From: Hyphomonadaceae bacterium | GTDB taxonomy: Bacteria > Pseudomonadota > Alphaproteobacteria > Caulobacterales > Hyphomonadaceae | Direction: 5' to 3' | DNA length: 64,000 bases | NCBI GenBank assembly: GCA_035995285.1 | Contig: DASYKO010000118.1 | Coordinates: forward strand, 21,211 to 85,210 | In this document: positions 45,272 to 55,428 of the stretch, piece by piece | How the letters are laid out: each line of letters starts with the position of its first letter | Numbering within the stretch: the first letter of the stretch is position 1 | Position numbers and translations under genes: made by a program | The notes under the pieces: generated by a model | What the model saw: the letters and a program-made list of their open reading frames with translations, nothing else | Told to the model about the DNA's origin: nothing | Databases searched by the model: none

Positions 45272-46141
45272 TCAGGACGAAATCGCTGCTCTCACGATCT
45301 GCTTTCGTCCACGGCTAAGGGGCGCACGCTCTCCACTATCAAGGCTCACAAACAGGCTTCCATCTTCGCCGACGCCAAGGCTGCGAATGAGAGAGCTCCG
45401 CACCATGGCGGAGCGATGCGTGCGTACGAAACCGCAACCGCTCAGCGCCGTATCGACCTCCTGAAGTGTCCGCCGCACAAGATAGGCGCTGCCGGCCACG
45501 TGCAGGGCGACGTAATTTCCCTGCGCCTCGACCCAGTCGATCTCCGCAACGCGGATGAGTGTCTCGCCCGTTGCTCCGCGTGCAAGAAAGCTTGGCCCCG
45601 GAGCAGGCGCGCTTGCCGGCGCGTTGGCGGGCGCATCAGCAGGCATGGATCGCCGCAGCAGGGCGGAAACACCGAGCGCGATAAGGTAGGTCGTGATGTC
45701 CTTCGGGTATTCGTACGTGAAACGGCCAAGCCACGACCCGATTTCATAACGGTCGCCGAACAGGGCGAAGACCGGCGGGCGGGCCCCCACCATCAGGGCG
45801 ATATGCAGGCCAGAGAAGATCACGCTGAAGGCAACGTAGATGGACACACGCTGCGGCAGCGGGACCTTGCGCGCCGCCAGGGCATTATCCAGCGAGAACA
45901 ACATCGGCGCGACGACCGCAAAACCGAACCAGCTGGTCAGCTCAGCGGCGTAGTGCTCCCATATCGGCGTCGAGCCGCCGGAGCGTGCGGTGTCGGCCAC
46001 TCCGGAAATGGCGTTGATCAACGCGGCAAGGAGGCTGAACGCCGTCCACAAGGTCCATTGCGAAACCAGAAGGTTGCCGCCGGGGCGAAACCATCCTTCA
46101 AGCAGCGGCCGCTTTGTCACAGAAACCGCAGGGTTCATCAC
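45272..46141 (-). CDS. Membrane-anchored LytTR-family DNA-binding protein
   Basis: About four N-terminal TM segments and an Ala/Pro linker. Then a LytTR domain (IRVAEIDWVEAQGNYVALHVAGSAYLVRRTLQEV...FVRTHRS). Confidence 0.85.
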   Translation of the reverse strand: MMNPAVSVTKRPLLEGWFRPGGNLLVSQWTLWTAFSLLAALINAISGVADTARSGGSTPIWEHYAAELTSWFGFAVVAPMLFSLDNALAARKVPLPQRVSIYVAFSVIFSGLHIALMVGARPPVFALFGDRYEIGSWLGRFTYEYPKDITTYLIALGVSALLRRSMPADAPANAPASAPAPGPSFLARGATGETLIRVAEIDWVEAQGNYVALHVAGSAYLVRRTLQEVDTALSGCGFVRTHRSAMVRSSLIRSLGVGEDGSLFVSLDSGERAPLSRGRKQIVRAAISS

Positions 46142-46299
46142 AGGTCCCTCCCGTTCGTCACTTTTCTCAACGCCACCAAGGCATTTCGATGGCGCAGGCT
46201 TGGGCGCAATCTAGCGTCGCACCGAGATCGACTCAAGCAACGTCCGGCCTGCGGCGCGCCAATCCATGCGCGTCAGGCCCTACGCCACGGGGCATTCGC

Positions 46300-48273
46300 A
46301 TGCGCATGGGTAATGTTCGCAATTTCGGGCTGGCTGCCATGGCGCTGGCGGCGTCGTCCTGCGCAAGCCCGGCATCGCCGCGCGAGGGCGACTGGCCTGC
46401 CTTTGGCCGCACCCATCTCGGCGACCGGCACTCTCCCCTCACCCAGATCACGCCGGGCAATGTGGCCCAGCTTGAGGCCGCCTGGACCTACTCGACCGGC
46501 GAAGCAGCGATCGAGACCCGCTCGGCGTTTCGCCTGTCTACAACGCCGATCGTCGTCGACGGCGCCATGTATATCAACACCCCTCTCGGCAAGGTGGCCG
46601 CGCTCAATCCCGTCACAGGCGCCCAGATCTGGTCGCGCGACTTTGCCGTCGACCGCAGGGGCGATTTCCCTGATTCCGCCAGCCGCGGCGTCAGCTTCTG
46701 GCGCGACAAGGCAGCGGCGCCGGGCGGACCGTGTGCGACGCGGATTTTCGTGGGCGTGCTCGATGCCCGGCTCGCCTCGCTGGACGCCCGCACCGGCGCT
46801 TCATGCCCTGACTTCGGCGACGGCGGGGTCGTGAACCTCAAGGCAGGCCTCCGGACGGGGGCCGATCCGAAATGGAACGCCTGGGAATACGAGCTGACGT
46901 CGCCGCCCGTGATCGTCGGCGATCTCGTGATCGTTGGCTCGACGGTCGGGGACAATAGCCGATCCCGGGCGGCAAGCGGCGAGGTGCGAGCGTTCAATGC
47001 GCGCACCGGCGCGCAGGTCTGGACCTTTGATCCGATCCCGCAGGACCCGAATGACCCGGCCTACAAGACCTGGTCCGGCCCTATCGCCCATCAGACCGGC
47101 GCCGCCAACGTCTGGAGCGTGATGGCGGCGGACCCGGCGCGCGACCTCGTATTCCTTCCCACGAGCAGCCCGAGCCCCGACTACTGGGGCGGCGGGCGGC
47201 TTGGCGACAACCGGTATGCCAATTCCATCGTCGCGCTCCGCGCCTCGACCGGCAAGGTCGTCTGGCACTTCCAGACCGTGCATCACGACATCTGGGATTA
47301 CGACAATGCGGCGCCGCCCGCGCTGGTGACGATCGAGCGCAACGGTCGCAAGCGGGACGTCGTGATACAGGCGACCAAGACGGGTCAGCTGTTCGTGCTC
47401 GACCGCGAGAACGGCGAGCCGGTGTTTGCCGTCGAGGAGCGCCCCGTTCCGCCGAGCGACGTTCCAGGCGAGGTCGCCTCGCCCACGCAGCCCTTCTCGG
47501 CCGAACTGCCGCCCCTGAGCCCGCAGGCCCTTCCGAAAGCCTGGGGCGCGACGCCGGAAATCGAAGCAGCGTGTGCGGCCGAACTGGCGGGCCTGCGCAA
47601 TGAGGGGATCTTCACGCCTCCCAGCCTCAAGGGTTCCCTGATCCTGCCGGGCAATGTCGGCGGAGTGAACTGGGGCGGGGTGACCTACGATCCCGAACGC
47701 GGCCTCGCGATCACGGCGGTCAACACCATCGCCGCCGTGGTTCGTCTCGTGCCGAAGGACCAGCGCGGACGCGCCGACTTCAAGGCGGGAGGCAGGCTGG
47801 GCGATGATGGCGCCATCATGCTCGATGCGCCCTACGCCATGAGCCGCTTCTTCCTTGCGACGCCCAAGGGCGAGTTCTGTACGCCGACCCCGCACGGCAC
47901 TCTCGTGGCGGTGGACCTGCGCGCCGGGCGCATCGCATGGTCTGTCCCGCTCGGCATGGCGCCGGGCCAAACGGCGCCGGACGGCAAGGCCGAAGGAATG
48001 GTCAACCTCGGCGGCGCGGTGACGACCGCCAGCGGCGTGGCTTTCATAGGGGCGACGCCCGACGGCTGGTTCCGCGCCTTCGATACCGCGAGCGGCCGGC
48101 AGCTATGGCAAGCGAAGCTTCCCGCCGGCGCGCGCGCCACGCCCATGACCTATCTCGGGGCGGATGGCCGCCAGTATGTGGTGATCGCGGCGGGCGGCGA
48201 CGGGGAAGGCTTCGGCAGGAGCGATCAGTTCGTGGCGTTCGCCCTGCCCGCTCCTGGACGCAAAGTGAACTGA
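46300..48273 (+). CDS. PQQ-dependent dehydrogenase (quinoprotein glucose dehydrogenase family), lipoprotein-type signal
   Basis: Beta-propeller motifs (AAWTYSTGE, HHDIWDYD, GGVNWGG). Signal MRMGNVRNFGLAAMALAASSC. The start is ATG 46300 or 46306. Confidence 0.88.
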   Translation: MRMGNVRNFGLAAMALAASSCASPASPREGDWPAFGRTHLGDRHSPLTQITPGNVAQLEAAWTYSTGEAAIETRSAFRLSTTPIVVDGAMYINTPLGKVAALNPVTGAQIWSRDFAVDRRGDFPDSASRGVSFWRDKAAAPGGPCATRIFVGVLDARLASLDARTGASCPDFGDGGVVNLKAGLRTGADPKWNAWEYELTSPPVIVGDLVIVGSTVGDNSRSRAASGEVRAFNARTGAQVWTFDPIPQDPNDPAYKTWSGPIAHQTGAANVWSVMAADPARDLVFLPTSSPSPDYWGGGRLGDNRYANSIVALRASTGKVVWHFQTVHHDIWDYDNAAPPALVTIERNGRKRDVVIQATKTGQLFVLDRENGEPVFAVEERPVPPSDVPGEVASPTQPFSAELPPLSPQALPKAWGATPEIEAACAAELAGLRNEGIFTPPSLKGSLILPGNVGGVNWGGVTYDPERGLAITAVNTIAAVVRLVPKDQRGRADFKAGGRLGDDGAIMLDAPYAMSRFFLATPKGEFCTPTPHGTLVAVDLRAGRIAWSVPLGMAPGQTAPDGKAEGMVNLGGAVTTASGVAFIGATPDGWFRAFDTASGRQLWQAKLPAGARATPMTYLGADGRQYVVIAAGGDGEGFGRSDQFVAFALPAPGRKVN

Positions 48274-48347
48274 CGCCGCAGGAAACGCCTGCCTGGCCCA
48301 ATGCGTGACGGCTCGACGAGAGGCCGGGCCCGATCTAGCCTGCCGCC

Positions 48348-49139
48348 ATGACAGCGACACGCACGATCACGGCCTTCAACACGGCGACGGCCAGCGAGAA
48401 CAAGATCCACGACGATGCTGTGGCCAGCCGCTTCGGGTTCACCGGAGGGCTCGTTCCGGGTGTGGATGTGTTTGCCTATCTCGCCCACATGCCAATGGCG
48501 AAATGGGGCAAGGACTGGCTGTCCGGCGGCTTCATGCAGGCCCGGTTCGTCAAGCCGATATATGATGGCGATAGCGCCACGGTGACGGCGGAAGAGGCGG
48601 ATGGCGGGCTCCAGCTTGCCGCCAGGGCGCGCGGCGGACTGTGCGCGACGGGGTCGGCTCGGCTCAAGGGCGCGGCGGCTTCGGGGACGCTGCTGCCGGT
48701 CGCGGACATGCCGGATTTCGACACCCGGCCGAAAGCATCCATGGAGAGTCTGCCCCTCGGCGGGACGCTGGGAACGTTGCGGGAAGTTTATACGCGTCAG
48801 GAGGGTCTCGCCCATATCGAGGCGGTGCGCGAGGACCCGGAGCTCTACAATCATGGCCGGATCGCCAATGCGGCGTGGCTGCTGCGGCGGGCCAACTATG
48901 TGCTCGCGGACAATGTGAAATTGGGTCCATGGATCCATGTCGAAAGCGTGATCAACCTTCACGACTTCCTCACCGACGGGGAGGAGCTGGAAGTGCGCGC
49001 CGTGGTCGCCGGCAATGTCGAGACCAAGGGGCACCTGATGGTCGAGCTCGACGTCCAGATGCTGTGCGGCGCCCGGCGCATCGCCGATTGCCGCCACTGG
49101 GCGATCTACGAACCGCGGCAGGTGAGGGAAAAGCAATGA
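48348..49139 (+). CDS. MaoC-like hotdog-fold protein (putative dehydratase)
   Basis: 263 aa. N-terminal ENKIHDDAVASRFGFTGGLVPG resembles the MaoC dehydratase motif. Overlaps the next gene (ATGA). Confidence 0.65.
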   Translation: MTATRTITAFNTATASENKIHDDAVASRFGFTGGLVPGVDVFAYLAHMPMAKWGKDWLSGGFMQARFVKPIYDGDSATVTAEEADGGLQLAARARGGLCATGSARLKGAAASGTLLPVADMPDFDTRPKASMESLPLGGTLGTLREVYTRQEGLAHIEAVREDPELYNHGRIANAAWLLRRANYVLADNVKLGPWIHVESVINLHDFLTDGEELEVRAVVAGNVETKGHLMVELDVQMLCGARRIADCRHWAIYEPRQVREKQ

Positions 49140-50107
49140 AGGCGCACATCCTGGGGGCCGACGGCCCCGAGCTGGCCGATATTCCCCAGCCGAAGCCCGG
49201 GCCGGAGGATGTGCTGGTGCGTGTGCGGGCTTGCGCGCTCAACCGTGCGGACCTCGCGATGGCGCGGGGTGTGGTGCACGGCGGGGCGGGCGGGAGTGGC
49301 GCGGTGCTCGGCCTGGAGTATGCCGGCGAGGTGGCGGCGGTGGGCGCCGCGGTGGTCGGCCTGGCGGTTGGCGACAGGGTGATGGGCTCGAGCGCTGCGG
49401 CGTTCGCGGAGTATGTGAGCGTCGACATGGGGCGCGTGCAGAAGATACCACGCGGCAACATGAGCTATGCGGAGGCGGCGACGCTACCGGTAGCGCTGCA
49501 GACGATGCACGATGCGGTGGTCACGCACGGCGAACTGAAGGCGGGGCAGTCGGTGCTGATCCTCGGGGCGAGCTCCGGGGTGGGCCTGATGGGCCTGCAG
49601 ATCGCGCGCGAGAAGGGCGCGGCGCTGGTGATCGGCACATCGACGGATGCAGAGCGGCGCGGGAAGCTCGCGGAGTTCGGCGCGCAGCTGGCGGTCGACA
49701 CCAACGATGCGAAGTGGGTGAAACAGGTGCGCGACGCAACAGGCGGCGAAGGCGTCGACGTGGTGGTCGACCAGGTCACGGGCAAGCTGGCGAGCCAGAC
49801 GCTGCACGCCACGCGCGTGCTCGGCCGCATCGTCAATGTGGGCCGGCTGGGCGGCAACCAAGCCGAGTTCGACTTCGACATCCACGCGCGACGGCGCATC
49901 ACCTTTGTCGGCGTCACCTTCCGCACGCGCACGAAGGAAGAGGTGCGCAAGATCGTGGCGGACATGCAAGCCGATCTCGGCCCCGCCCTCGCTGCGGGCA
50001 AGCTCGCGCTGCCGATCTCGCACACCTTCCCGTTCGCGGACCTGAAGCCTGCGCTGGACCTGATGGCGGCGAACCGCCATTTCGGGAAGATCGTGCTGGA
50101 GCTGTGA
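49136..50107 (+). CDS. Zinc-type alcohol dehydrogenase/quinone oxidoreductase-family protein
   Basis: MKAHILGADGPELADIPQPKPGPEDVLVRV... and GASSGVGLMGLQIAREKGA NAD(P) motif. In frame with track ORF 48641..50107, with the start moved to ATG 49136. Confidence 0.9.
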   Translation: MKAHILGADGPELADIPQPKPGPEDVLVRVRACALNRADLAMARGVVHGGAGGSGAVLGLEYAGEVAAVGAAVVGLAVGDRVMGSSAAAFAEYVSVDMGRVQKIPRGNMSYAEAATLPVALQTMHDAVVTHGELKAGQSVLILGASSGVGLMGLQIAREKGAALVIGTSTDAERRGKLAEFGAQLAVDTNDAKWVKQVRDATGGEGVDVVVDQVTGKLASQTLHATRVLGRIVNVGRLGGNQAEFDFDIHARRRITFVGVTFRTRTKEEVRKIVADMQADLGPALAAGKLALPISHTFPFADLKPALDLMAANRHFGKIVLEL

Positions 50108-50110
50108 GCC

Positions 50111-50950
50111 CTAGAACGTCGCGTAGCCCTTGGACGTGATGTAGGCCTTGAGATCGGCGACGCGGCTTTCCGGGTTCGGGTGGGTCGACATCCATTCCTG
50201 CGGACGGTTGGTGGAGGCTTTCCCCATCTTCTCCCAGAGGCGCACGGCCTGCCTGGTGTCGTATTTGAGCTGCGCCATGTAGTCGACGCCCTGACGATCT
50301 GCGTCGGTCTCGTTCTGCCGGCTGAACGGCAGGAGGATGCCGACCTGCGCGCCGGCGCCGGCCGCAGCCATCACCATGTTGAGCGCGTCCGAGCTCATCT
50401 TCACCTGGGAGCCGAGCAGCGCCTGGCCGCCCGAGAGCGCAAGGCTGGTGGCGGTCTCCTGCCCGGCGCGTAGCGCTGCGTGACGGAGGACGACGTGGCC
50501 GACCTCGTGGCCGAGCACGGCCGCCACCTGGTCGTCATTGTCCACGAAGTCGAGCAGGCCCTTGTAGAAGCCGACCTTGCCGCCCGGCAGGCAGAAGGCG
50601 TTGAGCTCCTTCGAGTCGAACACCACGAATTCCCACTGCGCGTTCGGCACGTTGGCCACCGAGGCGATCCGGGTGCCGATGCGAACGAGGCGCGCGTTGG
50701 CTGCTGCATCTTTCGAGATCGGGGTTTGCTGCTTGGTCTCGGCCCAGGCCTGCGCCGCCATCGGCACAAGGTCCGCATCGCTCGGCGCAAGGAACGCCGC
50801 CGCGGTTTCGCAACCCGTCATCGCGCCCGCGCCGACGATCACGGCGCCGCCCATCAGTGCGCGCACCAGGTCTCGCCGGTGCATCCCCCGCAGCGGCACG
50901 ATGCGGTTCTCGCCGTGCATGTCGGCTGAAATTCCGTGATTATCGCACAT
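50111..50950 (-). CDS. M48-family zinc metallopeptidase, exported (lipobox)
   Basis: HEVGH zinc motif (LGHEVGHVVLRH). Signal region RRDLVRALMGGAVIVGAGAMTGC. Start uncertain (ATG at 50950, 50920 or 50884). Confidence 0.85.
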   Translation of the reverse strand: MCDNHGISADMHGENRIVPLRGMHRRDLVRALMGGAVIVGAGAMTGCETAAAFLAPSDADLVPMAAQAWAETKQQTPISKDAAANARLVRIGTRIASVANVPNAQWEFVVFDSKELNAFCLPGGKVGFYKGLLDFVDNDDQVAAVLGHEVGHVVLRHAALRAGQETATSLALSGGQALLGSQVKMSSDALNMVMAAAGAGAQVGILLPFSRQNETDADRQGVDYMAQLKYDTRQAVRLWEKMGKASTNRPQEWMSTHPNPESRVADLKAYITSKGYATF

Positions 50951-51044
50951 TGAGGCAGCTCCAAATGGCAGGAATCTATTGGGCTAACATAGTCCGGGAG
51001 GCCCACCGGACAAAACAGCGGATTACAGGAAAAGCACAGGTGTT

Positions 51045-52259
51045 TTACGGCGCGATGACGCCGGATTTGCGCAACTCGATAAGTCTTGCCTCGGTCATTC
51101 CAAGCGTTTCAGCAAGCACTTCCGCCGTGTGCTGGCCCACCTCATCCGGCGCTGGGCGGCGGACCCTGCCCGGGGTTTCAGAGAATTTAGGGAAGGCATT
51201 CTGCATCGGGATGCGTCCGAGCGTCGGATGATCCTCCCAGTGGATCGCGTTGCGCGCTGCGATATGCGGATCGGCGAGGATCTGGTCCGGCCGGTTGATC
51301 GGCCCGGCAGGCACGCCGGCCTTCACCATCATGGCGTCTATCTCGGCGACGGTGTGCTGACGCGTCCATTGCGAGATCATTTCATCGAGCTCGGCCTGAA
51401 CTTCGGCTCGCGCAAGGTGTGTCTGGTAGCGTGGATTGGCCGCCCATTCTGGTTTGCCGATCGTCTCGGCGAAACGCTTGAACAGATTGTCCTGATTGGC
51501 GCCGATGACGATGTAGCCGTCGCTGCACGGATAGGCATTCGACGGCGCGATGCGTGGGAGAATGGCGCCGGAGCGCTCGCGCATGTGGCCGCTGGCGCCA
51601 TAGTCGGCGAGCAGTGACTCCATCACCTGCAGGACGGATTCATAGAGCGCGCTATCGACCACCTGCCCGCGGCCCGTCTTCTCGCGGTGATGCAGCGCGG
51701 CGAGCGCGCCCATGCAGCCATAGGTGGCGGCGAGCGTGTCGCCGATCGAAACGCCCATGCGCGCGGGCGGTCTGTCGGGCTCGCCTACCAGATAGCGCCA
51801 GCCGCCCATTGCCTCGCCGACGAGGCCGAAGCCTGCGCGGTCTGCGTAGGGCCCGTCCTGTCCGTAGCCGGAAACGCGCACGACGATGAGGCCGGGGTTG
51901 TCTGCGTGGAGCGCCTCGGGTGCGAGACCCCATTTCTCGATCGTGCCGGGGCGGAAATTCTCGATCAGGATGTCGGCCTTGGCGATCAGCTGGCGGGCGA
52001 TCTCCTGCCCCGCCTTCTGGCGCAGGTCGAGCGCGATGGAGCGCTTGTTGCGGGCGATGACGCGCCACCAGGCGGGCCTGGCGCCCTGTCCCCATTTGCG
52101 CATGGGATCGCCCTCGCCCGGCGCCTCAATCTTGATGACGTCCGCGCCCATGTCGCCCATCAGCTGGCCGCAGAACGGGCCGGCGATCAGCGAGCCCATC
52201 TCTATGACGCGCAGGTCCTTGAGCGGACCAGTCGCGGGCGGAATGCTCGTGTCCGTCAC
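51045..52259 (-). CDS. Family III (CaiB/BaiF) CoA-transferase
   Basis: LKDLRVIEMGSLIAGPFCGQLMGDMGADVIKIE motif. Start placed at GTG 52259, overlapping the stop of the upstream lyase gene (GTGA). Confidence 0.88.
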   Translation of the reverse strand: MTDTSIPPATGPLKDLRVIEMGSLIAGPFCGQLMGDMGADVIKIEAPGEGDPMRKWGQGARPAWWRVIARNKRSIALDLRQKAGQEIARQLIAKADILIENFRPGTIEKWGLAPEALHADNPGLIVVRVSGYGQDGPYADRAGFGLVGEAMGGWRYLVGEPDRPPARMGVSIGDTLAATYGCMGALAALHHREKTGRGQVVDSALYESVLQVMESLLADYGASGHMRERSGAILPRIAPSNAYPCSDGYIVIGANQDNLFKRFAETIGKPEWAANPRYQTHLARAEVQAELDEMISQWTRQHTVAEIDAMMVKAGVPAGPINRPDQILADPHIAARNAIHWEDHPTLGRIPMQNAFPKFSETPGRVRRPAPDEVGQHTAEVLAETLGMTEARLIELRKSGVIAP

Positions 52260-53161
52260 TTCGGAAAACCTCCCGCGCGGCTGACGAGGCCCGGCAGCGT
52301 GCGGCCCATCTTTACCGAAAGCCACTTGGCGGTGTCGATCAGGCCATCGAGCTTCAGGCCGGTCTCAACGCCGGAGCGTTGCAGCATGTATTGCAAGTCT
52401 TCGGTCGCGACATTGCCCGTAGCGTTGGGCGCGAAGGGACAGCCCCCGATCCCGGCTATCGAAGCATCGAGCGTCGTCGCGCCGGATTCGAAGCCGACCC
52501 ACGCATTTGCGACCGCTGTGTTGCGTGTGTCGTGAAAATGCAGGCGGATCGGAATGCCGGGAGCTGCAGCTTTTACCGCGGCCATCACTCTCTTTACCTG
52601 AGATGGCACGGCGACGCCGATCGTATCCCCCAGTCCAATCTCCCGCGGCCCTGCGGCGGCGACTTTTCGCACCAGTTCAGCCACGCGTTCCGGCGCGATC
52701 TCGCCATCGAAGGGGCAGCCGAACGCGACGGAGATGGTGGCCTGCGCCGAGCGGCCATGTTCCTTGCCCAGCCGGATGATCTCGATGGCGTCTTCCACTG
52801 TCTCGTCAGCCGTGCGCCCCTGATTGCGCGTACCGAAGCCGTCGCTGGCTGAGATCACTGCGCCAAGTTCATGCACCTGAGTTTCCAACGCTCGCAGCGC
52901 GCCACGCTTGTTGAGGACGAGGCCGATATAGGTGGCGTCCCTAGCGTCCCGCTTCGGCAGGCCGGCGCACACCGCCTCTGCATCCGCCATCTGCGGCACG
53001 CGGCCGGGATGGACGAAGCTGGCCACCTCGATGCGCTTCGATCCGGCGGCGATTGCGCGCTCGATCAGTTCGAGCTTGTCGGCCGTCGGGAAGAAGCCTG
53101 GTTCGTTCTGCAACCCATCGCGGGCAGCCACTTCCACCATTTCGATGCGCTGGTTTGCCAT
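52256..53161 (-). CDS. Hydroxymethylglutaryl-CoA lyase-family protein
   Basis: MANQRIEMVEVAARDGLQNE... with IRLHFHDTRN and GGCPFAP motifs. Start moved to ATG 53161. Confidence 0.88.
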   Translation of the reverse strand: MANQRIEMVEVAARDGLQNEPGFFPTADKLELIERAIAAGSKRIEVASFVHPGRVPQMADAEAVCAGLPKRDARDATYIGLVLNKRGALRALETQVHELGAVISASDGFGTRNQGRTADETVEDAIEIIRLGKEHGRSAQATISVAFGCPFDGEIAPERVAELVRKVAAAGPREIGLGDTIGVAVPSQVKRVMAAVKAAAPGIPIRLHFHDTRNTAVANAWVGFESGATTLDASIAGIGGCPFAPNATGNVATEDLQYMLQRSGVETGLKLDGLIDTAKWLSVKMGRTLPGLVSRAGGFPK

Positions 53162-53272
53162 GATGGCGATATGCTCCTGCTGTGTACCTGTCTCCCTCTG
53201 CGCGCGGGCCGCGTCAACACAGTCTGGACGGCAGGCCATGCGAACCTATGATAACGCATGGGGATCAGTGAG

Positions 53273-53956
53273 ATGAAGCACCTGATTTTGAGCGGCGCGT
53301 TGCTGGCAGCCGGCGCGTGCGTATCCGCAGCCCCGACGCCGACCGGGAGCCAGACGTCTGTCCCAACCCAGACACAAGCGGCCAACTTGGCGCCCGCCGC
53401 GAGCACCCTTGTGATCGACCGCCTTCCAGCGAGCCAGTCTCAGGGCGGCAATCCACGCGACCCGGCCATCATCAAGATGATCGTGATCCACACGATCGGC
53501 GGGCCGACATGCGAGAACGGTAAAGTCGTCTACACCACCGCTCCGCAATCAGCCGTCTACTGGCGCGACGACTTTGCGAGGAGGACGGATGCGAGCATCC
53601 ACTATGTCGTCGACCGCGAGGGAAAGATCGCGCAGCAGCGGGACGAGAACCGGACGGCCGGGCATGTGTCGAGCGAGGTTGATCCGGCGATCAACCAGCG
53701 CTCCATCGGCATCGAGCTGACCAACAATGGCGACGGGAAGGATCCGTTTCCCGACGCGCAGCTGGCCGCGGTGGAAGAGCTGGTAGACGACATTGCTGTT
53801 CGCTATGCGCTGGGTCCCGGCGCTATTCGCACGCACGCCGAACTCGACACGCGCACGTTCAGCTGTGGCGGCAAGGATGTGCCACGTAAGACCGATCCCG
53901 GGCCGCTCTTCCCGCTTGAGCGCATCAAGGCGTCGGTGGCCATGGCCCGGCGCTAG
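53273..53956 (+). CDS. N-acetylmuramoyl-L-alanine amidase (Amidase_2/AmpD-like) lipoprotein
   Basis: Lipobox LAAGAC. Motifs IVIHTIGG, SIHYVVD, SIGIEL and KTDPGPLFP. Confidence 0.85.
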   Translation: MKHLILSGALLAAGACVSAAPTPTGSQTSVPTQTQAANLAPAASTLVIDRLPASQSQGGNPRDPAIIKMIVIHTIGGPTCENGKVVYTTAPQSAVYWRDDFARRTDASIHYVVDREGKIAQQRDENRTAGHVSSEVDPAINQRSIGIELTNNGDGKDPFPDAQLAAVEELVDDIAVRYALGPGAIRTHAELDTRTFSCGGKDVPRKTDPGPLFPLERIKASVAMARR

Positions 53957-55425
53957 ACCGACTTCACGCGGCCGACTGCTTCTTTCCAACCCTTGAGGCG
54001 TATGGCGCGCTCAGGCGCCGGCATGGCGGGGTCGAACTTGCGGTCGAGCTTCCAGATCGAGGCGGCTTCTTCCAGCGAGCCGAACTCGCCGGCGCCAACG
54101 GCGGCGAGGATGGCGGCGCCGAGAGCTGTGGTCTCTGTATTCTTCGGGCGGACGACTTCGATGCCGAGAATGTCGGACATGAATTGCAGGAACCAGTCAT
54201 TGCGCGCCATGCCGCCATCGACGCGCAGTCGCTGGGGCGCGACGCCGTCGCTCGCCATGGCTTCGAGCAGTTCGGCCGTCTGGAAAGCGGCGCTTTCGAG
54301 CGCGGCGCGGGCGATGTGGGCGATGGTGGATCCGCGTTGCAGACCGAGGATTGCGCCGCGGGCGTTGGAATCCCAATGCGGCGCGCCAAGGCCGACGAAG
54401 GCCGGGACGAGGTGGACGCCGGCGGTGTCGGGGATCGACTTAGCAAGCTCGCCCGCGTGTACGCCGTCGCGGATGATCTTCAGTTCGTCGCGCAGCCACT
54501 GGATGGTGGAGCCGGCGGACAGGATAGAGCCTTCGAGGGCGTAGGTGCGTCTGCCTGCGACTTGATAGGCGATCGTGCCGAGAAGGCGGGACTTGGAGCG
54601 CTTCAACTCGTGCCCGGTATTCAGCACGAGGAAGCCGCCCGTGCCGTAGGTGGATTTGACTTCACCCGCGGCGAAGCACGCCTGCCCCACGAGCGCCGCC
54701 TGTTGGTCTCCGGCGACGCCGCGGATCGGCAGGCTGGGACCGAAGATGTCGCTGACGCCGTAGTCTCCGGCGCTGTCGCGGACTTCGGGCAGGAGCTGCA
54801 TCGGCACGCCGAAGAGATCGCAGAGGCCCTGGTCCCACTTGCCCGTGCGAATGTCGAACAACGATGTGCGCGAGGCGTTGGTGGCGTCTGTTGCGTGCAC
54901 CTTGCCGCCGGTGAGGCGCCAAATGAGGAAGCAGTCGATTGTGCCTGCCGCAAGCTCACCGCGCTTCGCACGCTCGCGCGAACCCGGCACGGCATCGAGG
55001 ATGAAGGCGATCTTGGAGGCGGAGAAATAGGGATCGAGCACGAGGCCGGTGAGATCTGCGACGCGTGCTTCATTGCCGGCGTCGGCGAGCGCCTTCGTCC
55101 GGTCTGCCGTGCGTCTGTCCTGCCAGACGATGGCGTTGTGAATCGGCTCGCCGGTCTTGCGGTCCCACACGACCACCGTCTCGCGCTGGTTGGTGACGCC
55201 GATGGCGGCGACTTTTCGCGAGCCGAGCCGCTCCAGCGTCTGTTCGGCCGTGCGGCGCTGGGTGCGCCAGATGGCTTCCGGATCGTGCTCGACCCAGCCG
55301 GATTGCGGGAAGATCTGCGGGAACTCTTCCTGCGCGGACGCGGCGATTGCGCCGTCGAGCCCGATGGCCATGGCGCGGCTCGACGTCGTGCCTTGATCGA
55401 GGGCCAGGATCACGCCTTCAGCCAT
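53953..55425 (-). CDS. glpK: Glycerol kinase
   Basis: MAEGVILALDQGTTSSRAMA..., VTNQRETVVVWD and GDQQAALVGQ are canonical GlpK motifs. 490 aa. Confidence 0.95.
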   Translation of the reverse strand: MAEGVILALDQGTTSSRAMAIGLDGAIAASAQEEFPQIFPQSGWVEHDPEAIWRTQRRTAEQTLERLGSRKVAAIGVTNQRETVVVWDRKTGEPIHNAIVWQDRRTADRTKALADAGNEARVADLTGLVLDPYFSASKIAFILDAVPGSRERAKRGELAAGTIDCFLIWRLTGGKVHATDATNASRTSLFDIRTGKWDQGLCDLFGVPMQLLPEVRDSAGDYGVSDIFGPSLPIRGVAGDQQAALVGQACFAAGEVKSTYGTGGFLVLNTGHELKRSKSRLLGTIAYQVAGRRTYALEGSILSAGSTIQWLRDELKIIRDGVHAGELAKSIPDTAGVHLVPAFVGLGAPHWDSNARGAILGLQRGSTIAHIARAALESAAFQTAELLEAMASDGVAPQRLRVDGGMARNDWFLQFMSDILGIEVVRPKNTETTALGAAILAAVGAGEFGSLEEAASIWKLDRKFDPAMPAPERAIRLKGWKEAVGRVKSV

Positions 55426-55428
55426 GGA

